Assembly (NCBI GenBank): GCA_030704615.1
Contig: CM060732.1
Coordinates: 1,054,001 to 1,118,000, forward strand
Direction of reading: 5' to 3'
DNA: 64,000 bases
Source: Takakia lepidozioides
Lineage: Eukaryota; Plantae; Bryophyta
This document shows positions 36,576 to 47,189 of the stretch, in pieces; the first letter of the stretch is position 1; the number at the start of each line of letters is the position of its first letter. The notes below the pieces were generated by a model. That model was not told the DNA's origin, ran no database searches, and saw only the letters and a list, made by a program, of their open reading frames with translations. The translations under genes and the position numbers were made by a program.

Positions 36576-38630
36576 ATGGAATTCCGGCGCCGGATTTCCA
36601 TCCTGCAGGTAATTCGGAGCGCAGCAGGATGAAAATTCAGCGCCGAATTTCCATCCGCGGAGGAAGGGCGGCGCTGGAAATTTCCCTCACGCAGGTAATT
36701 CAGAAGCGCGCGGATGGAAATCCGGCGCCGGATTTCCATCCCCGCAGGTAGGGCGTCGCGCCAAATATCCCTCACGCAGGTAATTCCGAAGCGCGCGGAT
36801 GGAAATCCGGCGCCGAATTTCCATCCGCGCAGCTCGGGGGGTGCGCCAAATTTCCCTCACGCAGGTAATTCGGAAGCGTGCGGATGGAAATCCGGCGCCG
36901 AATTTCCATCAGCGGAGGTCGGGCGGCGCGCCAAATTTCCTCACGCAGGTAATTCGGAAGCGCTCGGATGGAAATCCGGCGCCGAATTTCCATCTGCGCA
37001 GGTCGGGCGGCGCACCAAATTTCCCTCACGCAGGTAATTCGGAAGCGCTCGGATGGAAATCCGGCGCCGAATTTCAATCCGCGCAGGTCGGGCGGCGCGC
37101 CAAATTTCCCTCACGCAGGTAATTCGGAAGCGCGCGGATGGAAATCCGGCGCCGAATTTCCATCCGGCATGTAATTCGAATACCGGGTGAATGGAAATTC
37201 GGCGCCGAATTTCCATCCGGCAGGTAAGTGGAATCCCGGATGGATGGAAATTCGGCGCCGAATTACCATCCTGCAGGTAATTCGAATCCCGGATAAATGG
37301 AAATTCGGCGCCGAATTTCCATCCAGCAGGTAAGTGGAATCCCGGATGGATGGAAATTCGGCGCCGAATTTCCATCCAGCAGGTAATTCGAATCCCGGAT
37401 AAATGGAAATTCGGCGCCGAATTTCCATCCAGTAGGTAAGTCGGATCGCTGGCGTATAGATATTCGGCGCCGAATTTCCATTCGCCATGTATTTCATCGC
37501 TTAGAATTTCCTTCCTGCAGGTAATTCCCAGATGAGAATTACCTTCCTACCGGCATCGATAGGAATTACCTGCAGGAAGGTAATTCTCATCTGGGAATTA
37601 CCTACAGGAAGGAAATTCTGAGCGATGAAATACATGACGAATGGAAATTCGGCGCCGAATATCCATACGCCAGCGATCGACTTACCTGCTGGATGGAAAT
37701 TCGGCGCCGAATTTCCATCCAGCAGGGATTCGAATTACCTGCAGGATGGAAATTCGGCGCCGAATTTCGTTCCATTCGGGATTCCACTTACCTGCTGGAT
37801 GGAAATTCGGCGCCGAATTTCCATTCATCCGGGATTCCACTTACCTGCAGGATGGAAATTCGGCGCCGAATTTGGATCCATCCGGGATTCCACTTACCTG
37901 CCGGATGGAAATTCGGCGCCGAATTTCCATCCATCCGGGATTCCACTTACCTGCCGGATGGAAATTCGGCGCCGAATTTCCATCCGGGGGATGGTCTCTG
38001 TCGGAGAGGTGCCGCCTCTCCGCCGCTCTGTTGGATATTCGGTGCCGAATTTCCGTCCGGGGGTTGAAATATGACGGCCAGGTGCCGACCTCTCCCCCCT
38101 CCCCGACTGCATTGGAACGGCCCCGGATTGAAATTCGGCGCCGTTTTCCCATCTGGGGAGGTTTTTATGTCGGCCAGTTTTCGGTCTGACCCCCGACAAG
38201 ACTTCCTTTGGGGGGGCCCGGATGGAAATTCGGCGCCGAATCTCCATCCAGGGGATGCTCTCTGTCGAACACGTGCCGACCTCTACGCCCGAGGCGACTT
38301 CATCCGGGCGTCCCCTGTTCGATATTCGGTGCCGAATTTCCGTCCGGGGGTTGAAATGTGACGGCCAAGTGCCGGCCACCCCCCCCCTCCCCGACTGCAT
38401 CCGAACCGCCCCGGATGGAAATTCGGCGCCGTTTTTCCATCTGGGGATGTTTTTATGCCGTCCAGTTTTCGGCCCGACCCCCCGACACAACTCCCTTTGG
38501 GGGGCCCATATGGAAATTTGGCGCCGAATCTCCATCCAGGGGATGTTCTCTGTCGCACACGCGCCGGCCTCTGCGCCCGAGGCGACTTCATCCGGGCTTC
38601 CTCTGTTGGATATTGGGTGCCGAATTTCCA
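36576..38630. repeat. Palindrome array A (GATGGAAATTCGGCGCCGAATTTCCATC), about 28 copies, between the divergent genes
   Basis: Sub-arrays with 85-, 53- and 95/96-bp periods, a perfect 42-bp palindrome at 37685-37726 and a large inverted repeat centred near 37561. Confidence 0.95.
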
Positions 38631-38934
38631 TTCGGGGGTAGTAATGTGACGGCACGGTGCCGGCTTCTCCCCTTCAGCCGTCATCATCCGGACGGCCCCC
38701 CACTTTCTGACTGCATACCGTTGGCAGTTATTGCGCAAAGACCAGGGGCCGCATTCCGGAGACAAGGTTCATTAACACTCTGACTGTGGATTTTTGAGAT
38801 AGTTGGCTCCCTGGATTTGGATCAGGCTTCGTCGCTCGGACAAATCGGCATCGCATTCATTCCCATCGCTGCACCCCCTTCTACCAGGGAGCTTCCCCGC
38901 ACGCCATCCTGGCAGTCTTGTGTGCACATCTCCC

Positions 38935-41900
38935 ATGGCGGAAAACCCGAGCGCTACAGTGTACTGCCCTCCTCACGAGCATAGAGCTTCATTTCCGTGC
39001 AGAGGGGACACCTGCCGGGTGATGGAGAAATATCTGTGCGTTCGATACCACCTGAAACCGGGGTCGGTTTTTTTGGAGGAGGAAAGGAAGAACTCTAACG
39101 GCCTTGTTGTCGAGAGTATTGTTGTGCTCCACGATGATTTCGGCGATGGCAGGGAATGGCGAGTTCCACCATCGGACAGCGTCATATACAGGGCTGTTGG
39201 GGACTTCATTTGCCCGCCAAATGCACCTTCTATCCTGGCGCCTTCCACGAAACAATCCGCGAATCAGAGAGTGGCTACCTTAAAGAGAGAAGTCCGCAAC
39301 GAAGTAAATCCAGAGCCGAACCCATCCATGAAGACGAGTGAGAACCGGGTTGTTCACAACCTGTCCGACTCAGACGAGGTCATGGAAGTTCCGAGGTCGT
39401 CCTGGAGATCAGGCAAGTCCTCAATGGACGTCAGTGGAGGAGGGAGTCATATTCCCAGCACGAGCACCGCAGTTCGATCTATTCTTGAAATTCTGCGAGG
39501 GCTTCACCTGGAAGGACACCGGTCGGAGCTGGCCGGCTGGACTACGCAAGTTCGCAATTAAATCGGTTACATGCCTTCCCGCCGACGTCGACGGTAATAT
39601 CTTCTTTGAGTTCCCTCCTCGGGCGGACTACTCGAGGGCGTCCGGAATGTTGACAGATATGGATAGAAAACATGACGGTCATCCTTGGTGCGTTACCAAA
39701 ACCACCAGCATGAAGATGCTCGATGGTGTGCGGGCGCATTGCGGTGTTTCTCCTCAACTTGCTTCCACTTTAAATCCAGAGGTCACAGGAACGAGACCGA
39801 TTGGACAGGCACAGCTCACCAACCATTTCGAGCTCAGGAGAAGGTTCCGAACTCCACATTTAAGTGTGCGCATTGCAAAGAACCACCACACTGCATGTCT
39901 GTTTGTAATGCCAAGCAGTTCTATGTGTTGCACCGTTTCCCTGACCTCACCCGAGCTTGCATACACGTTGGTTCCCATTGTCACAAATTGGCGAGGGGGA
40001 ACTCGTGGAAGGCTGCCCACGAAGCAGAGCAGCTCGTTCAGGAGGAGGTTAAGTTGAGACCGGGTGCCAAACCCAAACAGATACAGCTCCAAGCCGCCCA
40101 TAAGATGGCATTGGCCAGAATTATGTCGGAAGACGGCTCCGATAGAGTTCCTCTCGACGAGAAGGAAATGGAGGCATTGCTGGAGTCGGTGTCCCATGTA
40201 TGTTCACCGAATGTCCGAAACCACATTGTCTCATGCAAACAGAAAATTGGGCGTGGCTCGGATATGCACTCCATTCTGGAGGTGAAGCGACGATGTGGAT
40301 ATGACTACATTCATGGAAGTAGGTTTCCAGGACAAGGGACTGAGGCAGATCGTTGTTTCGTATTCAAAATGTCCACGTGTGGACCTGGCAGCGGCGTCGA
40401 ACTGGTCGACAGGATGACGAGTGGGAACTTGTCAAACAGTTGGGGTCATGTTCGACCATATCAAGCGAATTACAAATCACCAGTGGGTGACAATGGGTGC
40501 ACATGTCTACGACACCCACTGCAGGATGCTAATGACAATTGTTATTTGTGAGATGAAAGGAGAGGACACACAATCGGAGATGCTTATTTGGCAGGGAATA
40601 ACGAACAGATGGCCAAGGCGGGATTGCCCCCTCCCAATTTCCGTGGTTTCATGGCGGACAACGCACAAGCAAATTGGGCTGCCATCCGAAGGGTGTACGG
40701 GCAAGACCCCAATGTTCCCATGGAAGGCAAGGAGAGATCTTGTGGGTTCCATTTTCTGCAGAGCCTTTCGCAGTACACAACCAGGCTCGTGGCGCCAGAT
40801 TTCAGAGAGGAGCACCGTTCTATGTGCCTTGCGTGGAAGCGCGCTCCCACCTTGGATGATGCAGAGACACAGTTTGCATGCATACGGGCTTGGTGGACAT
40901 CGTCAGGTGCTGTAAGGAAATCAGACGAGGGAGCAATGGTCAGTTGGCTAGCATGGTGGCATTATCGTTTCCTCCAGTTCGGCGACTATATGCGGGAGGT
41001 GAGTTGCACGAATTCGCGTCCCGTTGAATATTATTCTTGGCCATATTTGTAACTTGCTTGTAACCTGAACATGTGCTTGTGCAGGAAATGTGTCTCGACT
41101 CCGACACCGACATGCCCACGACAAACATGGCCGAATCAGTGCACTCTTCCTGGCGTGCCTCCTCTGCGGCGCATCTGGTGGACATCCTCACTGCCACAAT
41201 GGAGGACATTGTGAGGTCATTATGCAGCAATGCAGGTACAACGAGTTCTTGAAAGGGAAACAGTGGGGCTTGGGCCGGACAGGCAGGAAATGCTGATGCG
41301 GACTGCCTCCAGATCGAAGAATCCTCGGAAGTGGGCGGCGGCCTTGCGAGAGGGCCTTCGGGATACACCATTGCTGCGAAGAGGCCAACATTTGGAAGGA
41401 GATGTTCATACCCGTCCAGTGAGACGAAGACTTGACGAGGCACCTAGCGGAGAAGAGGATTCATGGCGAGCTGACAAGAATATTCGCACGCTCCCTCGTG
41501 GTCCCGTGATGTTGCCCGAGGAGGTCTCGTCGAGCACCGCAAGTCCTGCACGTTCAAGATCGCCATCTCCTTTGAGCACAGGGCGCGCGCCCCGGCAACA
41601 TAACGAGCCATCTGTAGTAAAGTAGTACAACATTCCCATTGTGGAGACAAGAGTGTCGGAGTCACAGTGGAGAATTGCGAGGACATTGCCGGCATTTCGA
41701 GGGAAGTGCTGCGCCATCCGGGTGGATACGAGAGCACGATGTGGTGAGATGATTCGGAGGAACCCACACGGTGCTGTACCTGCACCTTGTTTCAACGGCA
41801 GATTTTTGACTCCCACATTTGCTCATGCCACAACGCAGACATTTTGGTTCTGTAGGCACGACATAATGACCTGTGTATTTGGCAGCCCAAGTACGGGATT

Positions 41901-42497
41901 CAGGGAATGCCGGAGCCTCGGGCGTCTGGCCTGTTGCACCGGGTTGCAACCTCTCTCAGAATGAGGCGGATGCTCTATCTGCAGCAGGATTTCGAATGGT
42001 GCAACGCACAGACATCCCGGCCCACTCATTTCCGGTTCCTCAGACCCAGCCATTGCAGACTGCTCGGTCCAGTAGAGACGGATTGGACAATTCTGCACAT
42101 CCCACAATGCGATTCGGAAGAGTGAAGAGACGACACCCTCCCAACAAGTTGAATGAGACTCGGATTGCCAATGCTCTTGGGATGGCTTGCACTATTCAGA
42201 GCTCCGTGGACGTACCCCCACCCGCCTTGGGCGTGTGTATTGGATGGCAACGGCCGGCTCGGCTGTACGCGACGATGTATACACAATTACGATTGGAGTG
42301 GAGCCGACTTGCAATGTACAGACTTCTCGTTGATGGAAGCAAAGAAGGGTTCGAAGTATTATCCGTGCAAGCATCTGTATTACATCTACCTGAAGAGGTT
42401 GAGGATGAACGTGACTATTGATGACTTTATTCATACACCGGCGTTGAGCGTGAACGAGCTGCACAAACTCCTCCTTAGGGATTCCAGAAATCATTGA
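38935..42497 (+). CDS. Mutator-family (MULE) DDE transposase with GCM/WRKY-like zinc domain and SWIM finger (several frameshifts, one intron)
   Basis: Cys/His domain ending RACIHVGSHCH. VMFDH (D1), FMADNAQANWAAIRRVY...SCGFHFLQ (D2 + CxxH) and TTNMAESVH (E) after in-frame intron 40999-41084. C-terminal C-x-C-TDF...PCKH SWIM motif. Confidence 0.88.
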
Positions 42498-42653
42498 TGG
42501 GGCAAACGGAATCCTCCATATGGATATTTTCAAATGCATTTTGCTGTATCAGACTTTTTTTTGCAGTGTAATGAAATGCACCCCAAAACTCCTGGAATGA
42601 GGCAATATTCCATTCAAACTGAGATCCAACAGAAGCAGTTGTGGGGCCATTTC

Positions 42654-43080
42654 TGGAAAAATGGCGCCGAATTTCTCTTTTTGGGGCCGAAAACTGGCTA
42701 AGTCCCAACATGCATTGGTACCTGTGTCTGGGAAAATGGCGCCGAATTCTCTTTTTGGGGCCGAAAACTGGCTAAGTCCCAACATGCACTGGTACCGTGT
42801 CTGGAAAAATGGCGCCAAATTCTCTTTTTGGGCCGAAAACTGGCTAAGTCCCAACATGCACTGGTACAGTGTCTGGAAAAATGGCGCCGAATTTCCCATT
42901 TTGCGCCGAAAACTGGCTAAGTCCGAACATGCACTGGAAAAATGGCGCCGAATTACCTGTCATGAGGGGACCTATAGCCGCGGAATTCGGCATCATTTTT
43001 CGCCAGAGAGACCTATTACCGCGAAATACGTCGCCGTTTTTTCAGGTTACGGACCCTATTACCGCGAAATTCGGCGCCAT
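42654..43080. repeat. Right subterminal repeats of MULE A (72-75-bp units with GGCGCCGAATT and GGCTAAGTCCC)
   Basis: Cores at 42663, 42738, 42811, 42883 and 42944, using the same two motifs as the intronic repeat. Confidence 0.88.
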
Positions 43081-43280
43081 ATTTGCACATGTCGCTGGGA
43101 ATTAGCATGAGCGGAAGACGAAATATCATGAGCACAACTGTCAAAACTGCAATTTTCCCTTCAAGGGGGCCGAAGAATAATATTTGTTTTTCCTGACACA
43201 TTGCATTAAATTATTGTTTTTTATTGTTTTTTATTTTCGAAATTTGTACTTCTGCTCATGAAAACCGATTGTGTTACTAC

Positions 43281-43319
43281 TCTGCTCATGCCGCTCATGC
43301 TCATGAAATAGCAAACCTC
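43281..43319 (-). repeat. Right TIR of MULE A
   Basis: TCTGCTCATGCCGCTCATGCTCATGAAATAGCAAACCTC followed by TSD TTCACCCC. Confidence 0.88.
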
Positions 43320-43353
43320 TTCACCCCGACATCCTCCATTCCCCGAATTCTCT

Positions 43354-44163
43354 TCATTCCAGGCAAACAAGTGGCCTTGTTTGAAATAGCTCTAAGAAAG
43401 CTTGCAAGGCGTAGAGCATAAAAGCATGGTTGGCACAGAATGGAACGGGTAAGTGCGTGTAACCCTGTGGGGCTTGCAAGTATCGAGTGAGAGAGAATGT
43501 ACTCTCAACCCGTTCGTCCTTGCGCCACTGCGTAAAGAAGTAAAGCGAGCGTATATAATCTGTAATATCCGCCATAGCTACAAAGCTATAGCTTTGATTG
43601 CCCCTCCCGTCGAGACACTGGTTATTCAGAGTCACCCCAACTCTTCCGCTCATAACTCTTCTAATTTCTTGTTCTTGTTTCTTGAAAAGAACCACCTGCA
43701 TGAAATTCTCGCTCCTGATTGGCTGTTGCCTCCTTAGGTAACTTCTTAATGTTACCCCCCTCAATGGACTTCCCACAGGAATGTCCACTAGGACAGCACA
43801 TGTGGCAAAGTCCCCTTCTCTGTACTCGTAAAGGGTTCCGTACTTTTGCCCTGAATGCATTAATGGGCCCACCAAATAGTTTTGGCTGATTGTAGCGGTT
43901 AGGTACTTTGACAGCCCAGTTTGTCCTCTTGCATGATGACACCCACTTTTGCAATATATGCACCGCGGTGTGCTTCGTCCTAGTGGCCACATGTCCGTTT
44001 TTAGACATGTCTCCGTCTTCCCCTGTCTCCGTGGCACATTCTCCGAGTTTGACTTCCAAGCTGTCCTTTCACCCACCGGCCACTTTTCTGACGTTAACCC
44101 GCATCCACCTGTCACTAACCCTATGGACTGTACAACCCGCGTGGGCTGTGTTAGGGTGTGCAC
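43354..44163 (-). CDS. Unknown accessory ORF of the host Ty3 element (downstream of integrase)
   Basis: 269-aa open frame in element sense. Its TGA overlaps the ATG of the next accessory ORF (ATGA at 43357-43354). The true start is uncertain. Confidence 0.5.
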   Translation of the reverse strand: MHTLTQPTRVVQSIGLVTGGCGLTSEKWPVGERTAWKSNSENVPRRQGKTETCLKTDMWPLGRSTPRCIYCKSGCHHARGQTGLSKYLTATISQNYLVGPLMHSGQKYGTLYEYREGDFATCAVLVDIPVGSPLRGVTLRSYLRRQQPIRSENFMQVVLFKKQEQEIRRVMSGRVGVTLNNQCLDGRGNQSYSFVAMADITDYIRSLYFFTQWRKDERVESTFSLTRYLQAPQGYTHLPVPFCANHAFMLYALQAFLELFQTRPLVCLE

Positions 44164-44385
44164 AGGCTTGTGTCAGACTCTGACGAGCTGTGGATAGGCT
44201 GTGTGATGCTCTGATGGGCTGTGATAGACTGTGTGACACTGTGGTGGGCTGTTGATAAACTATGTCACCCTGTGGTGGGCTGTGATAGACTGTGTCACCC
44301 TGTGGTGGGCTGTCATAGACTGTGTCACACTGTGGTCGGCTGTGATAGACTGTGTCACCCTGTGGTAGGCTGTGATAGCTATGCG
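44140..44385. repeat. About 30-bp tandem repeat (GTGGGCTGTGATAGACTGTGTCACCCTGTG) in the Ty3 3' region
   Basis: At least five near-identical units, related to the GGCTGTG 10-mer tracts in the LTRs (25548-25750, 27085-27200). Confidence 0.85.
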
Positions 44386-44509
44386 AACACCTGTACCTTC
44401 CGCCCTGGCCATACACACTTGGCTTAATGACAAGTGCTCCATACTCCGTTGGTATCACCGGTGCAGCCCGTGACTGATTCTGTGTTTCAACATGCAAATC
44501 GTGCCGCAA

Positions 44510-46536
44510 TGGTTTGTCATGGATACCACTGTATCCCTTCAACTTATTGCATTGACTCTTCCCAGCGTCTCTTTGTTATGGTTTGTAACACTGGCTGTGT
44601 TGTTATCATACCATCTTCTGTATGAATAAGGTCCTTTCCATGGTGAGTTAAGCTTAGAGCTTTATCTTTCCCTTCTTCTGCAACAACAACCAATCTCCCG
44701 TCTTAAAAGTCTTTAATTTACCTTCATCAAACTGATCCTTCCTCTCATTGAATTCTAGTCATGTTATCTGCTGCATCAGCACGTCTTCCACATGGTATAA
44801 AGTCATGTCGACTTAATTGATTCTCCTTACATTCCATTCTCCTTCTCCATTCAGTTCTCATGGTAGGTAACAAGAAATCCATGGAAGTAAAGCTTCCATA
44901 CCATAAACTAATTGGAATGGTGTAGTATACGTAGTGGTGTGATTTATATGAAGTCCTGTATGACCACAAAGCTGTCAGCGCTTTGTATCCCAATCGTTCT
45001 TTTGCATGTGACGATTCTTAGACAAGAGATAGTACATAGTATAGTACATAGATTTTGTTGGTGGCCTCTGCATGCCCATACCTGTGTTGGTAATAGGTTG
45101 TACTCTTCATATGCACAATCATGAACTCTTTAGTCAATAGTTCTATGTCTCATTAATGAAGTGACTTCCCTGGTCAATGATAAATTCCAGGGGACAACCA
45201 AATCTTGTAAGTATATTCTCATACAAGAACCTTGCTGTAGACTTAGCTGTGTTGTCCCTCAAAGCTTTAGCTTCCACCCACTTCGTAGTATAATCAGTGG
45301 GCTGTGATTATATATTGTTCTGTGTATTTCTGGCTGGTGGGTTATTGGTTCAACAAAGTCTAGTCCCCATTTCTGAAATGGTTCAGAGGCATCGTAGGAT
45401 TGCAAAGCCATCTTCCCAGATCTCTGCAATGGTCCTAGCCTCTGACACTCATCACAACTCTTGCAATATTGGTGTACATCCTTGAACAAGGTAGGCCACC
45501 AGTAATCTGCAAGTAGTATCTTTCTACTGGTAGTCTCTTATCCAAAATTACCTCCAGCCACTCCTTTATGAACTTCCTCCAAAACTGTATTTACTTCATG
45601 GTGGTACAAACATCGTTTAAGTACTCCATCAGGTCCTAGCTTATACAGTTTTCCCCCTATCATAGTGTAAGGTAAAGCCTTGATGGCTATTCTCTTCCTC
45701 TGCTCCTTCCCATAACTAGGTGGGCACTGACCATGAGAAAGGTAGTATCTGATTGGCCACTGCCAATCTAACCAATCATCTGCACTTCCCTGCACCTCCA
45801 CTGCAAATAAACTCGCAGCAGGTAGTTGGTCGTCTACTCCCGTGGCAGGCTCTCCTGTTGCTAGGCGTGACAAGTGATCTGCCACAAGATGCAAACGGGC
45901 AGGCTTGTAAACAACTTCGAACTCAAACTCGTGCAAGATTATTAACCATCTTGCTATCCTGCCACTTATCAAAGGCTTGTTCACCAGATAAATCAGAGCC
46001 TGATGATCCACATAAAACATAAACTTCCTTCCCAATAGGTAATGCCTGAATTTCTTGACTGCATAAATCATTGCCAATGCTTCTCTTTCAGTTGTGCTAT
46101 AGTTTCTTTCAGCACTGATCATCAACCTGCTAGCATAGTACACAGGTGAATCTATGTTTCTTGTAACATTTTGGGCTAACACTGCTCCCAATGCTTCTCT
46201 TGAGGCATCACAGTGAACATGAAATACTACATGCCAGTGAGGGTTAATCAACACAGGTGTAGTTGTTACTGACAATGTAAGTTCCTCAAAAGCCTGTTGA
46301 CATTCAGCTGTCCATGCAAACACTGCATCTTTCTTCAGAAGCTTGCTCAATGGTGCTGCTATCTGTGCATACCGTCTGACAAATCTTCTGTAATAACTGG
46401 TTTGTCCAAGGAATCTCCTGAGACTCTTAACATTTCCTAGTGGTGGAGAGGCTTTAATAGCCTCTGTCTTTCTGGGATCCACAAGCAGTCCCCTCTTACA
46501 CACAATGTGTCCCAAAAGTACCCCTGAATTCACACA
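44510..46536 (-). pseudogene. pol: Ty3/gypsy pol (end of RT, RNase H, integrase)
   Basis: LLGHIV, RRFLGQTSYYRRFV, HCDAS, NYSTTEREALA, VDHQAL, HLVADHLSRL, EVHKGVAGG, CKSCDECQR and FQKWGLDFV. The integrase is frameshifted. Confidence 0.92.
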
Positions 46537-47189
46537 GAGGTTTATTATTTCATGAGCGCATGAGCCCATGAGCCTATGAGCCTATGAGCTCATGAGCGGG
46601 CATCCGCGGAATTGGAATTTTCCTGCCTTTATTGACGGTGTTATGTCCTCTTACCTCGGTAATAGGGTTTGTTTCTCCTGGTCCAGGATGCGGAATGAGG
46701 TATTTCGGCGCCGTTATTCCCAAGAGTAGTGTGCTAAAATGGTGTTTTGAAGACATCCACCGGGGTATTTTGGCACCGAAATTACCTCTTAAAATGTGAT
46801 ATAGTGTGGTATTTAATGGCGCAGAACGGGCTATTTCGGCGCCGAAATACCCAAGTGGAATGTGCTGAAGTGCCTTGTGCCAAAGGCTTCCATCGCGATA
46901 TTTTGGTGCAGTAATTCATCCGTGGAATTTTTGAGGCCCATATAACGAATGCGCGCACTGGGCTATTTCGGCGCCAAATTTCCCAATAGGAATGTTAGAA
47001 ACGGCAGGGTTTTCATGGCTTCAAGTTCCCGGATCGATGGTGTGCATAAATTACTTGTAGGGTTCTTCACTAAGTTTGCGTCTCTTCTGCTTTTATTATA
47101 CATTTTGGTGGGCGGAAGAAATGTAGGGAATCGGACAAGCAGTCTGAACACAATGATTTTTCAAATCGTCAATATTTTCATTAAGTGTT

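Larger units (their letters stand above)
30046..43319 (+). mobile_element. Complete Mutator-like DNA transposon, copy A (13.3 kb), carrying a ParB-methyltransferase-like gene
   Basis: Left end GGGGGCTGCTATTTCATGAGC and right end (reverse complement) GAGGTTTGCTATTTCATGAGC. TSD TTCACCCC at 30038-30045 and 43320-43327. Excision restores the host ORF MKRIRGMEDVGVKSTTIMQKQ. A MULE transposase lies inside. Confidence 0.93.
26523..46536 (-). mobile_element. Non-chromovirus Ty3/gypsy element (3' LTR, accessory ORFs, integrase, RNase H, end of RT), interrupted by MULE A and cut at MULE B
   Basis: LTR 26523-27284 with an adjacent polypurine tract and pol at 44510-46536. Sequence and reading frame are continuous across the MULE A insertion once one TSD copy is removed. 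Confidence 0.85.

Noticed and set aside
36576-38630. CRISPR array (palindromic repeats of about 28-30 bp with regular spacing)
   Set aside because: Spacers are themselves repeated, unit length switches among 53, 85 and 96 bp, no cas genes are present and the context is eukaryotic. The same applies to arrays B and C.
36401-38783. Many ORFs with repeated MEIRRRISI / DGNSAPNFHP / GWKFGAEFP peptides
   Set aside because: These are translations of the palindromic repeat in all six frames, not genes.
38935-42497. hAT or Zisupton/KDZ assignment based on the 8-bp TSD
   Set aside because: The D..A..AI..VY...CxxH and TTN..ES.H motifs are Mutator-type, and no hAT dimerisation or KDZ motifs were seen.
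30046-43319. Bacterial contamination or prophage (ParB + MTase)
   Set aside because: Spliceosomal introns at conserved positions, a eukaryotic MULE transposase with SWIM, and a TSD inside a plant retroelement ORF.
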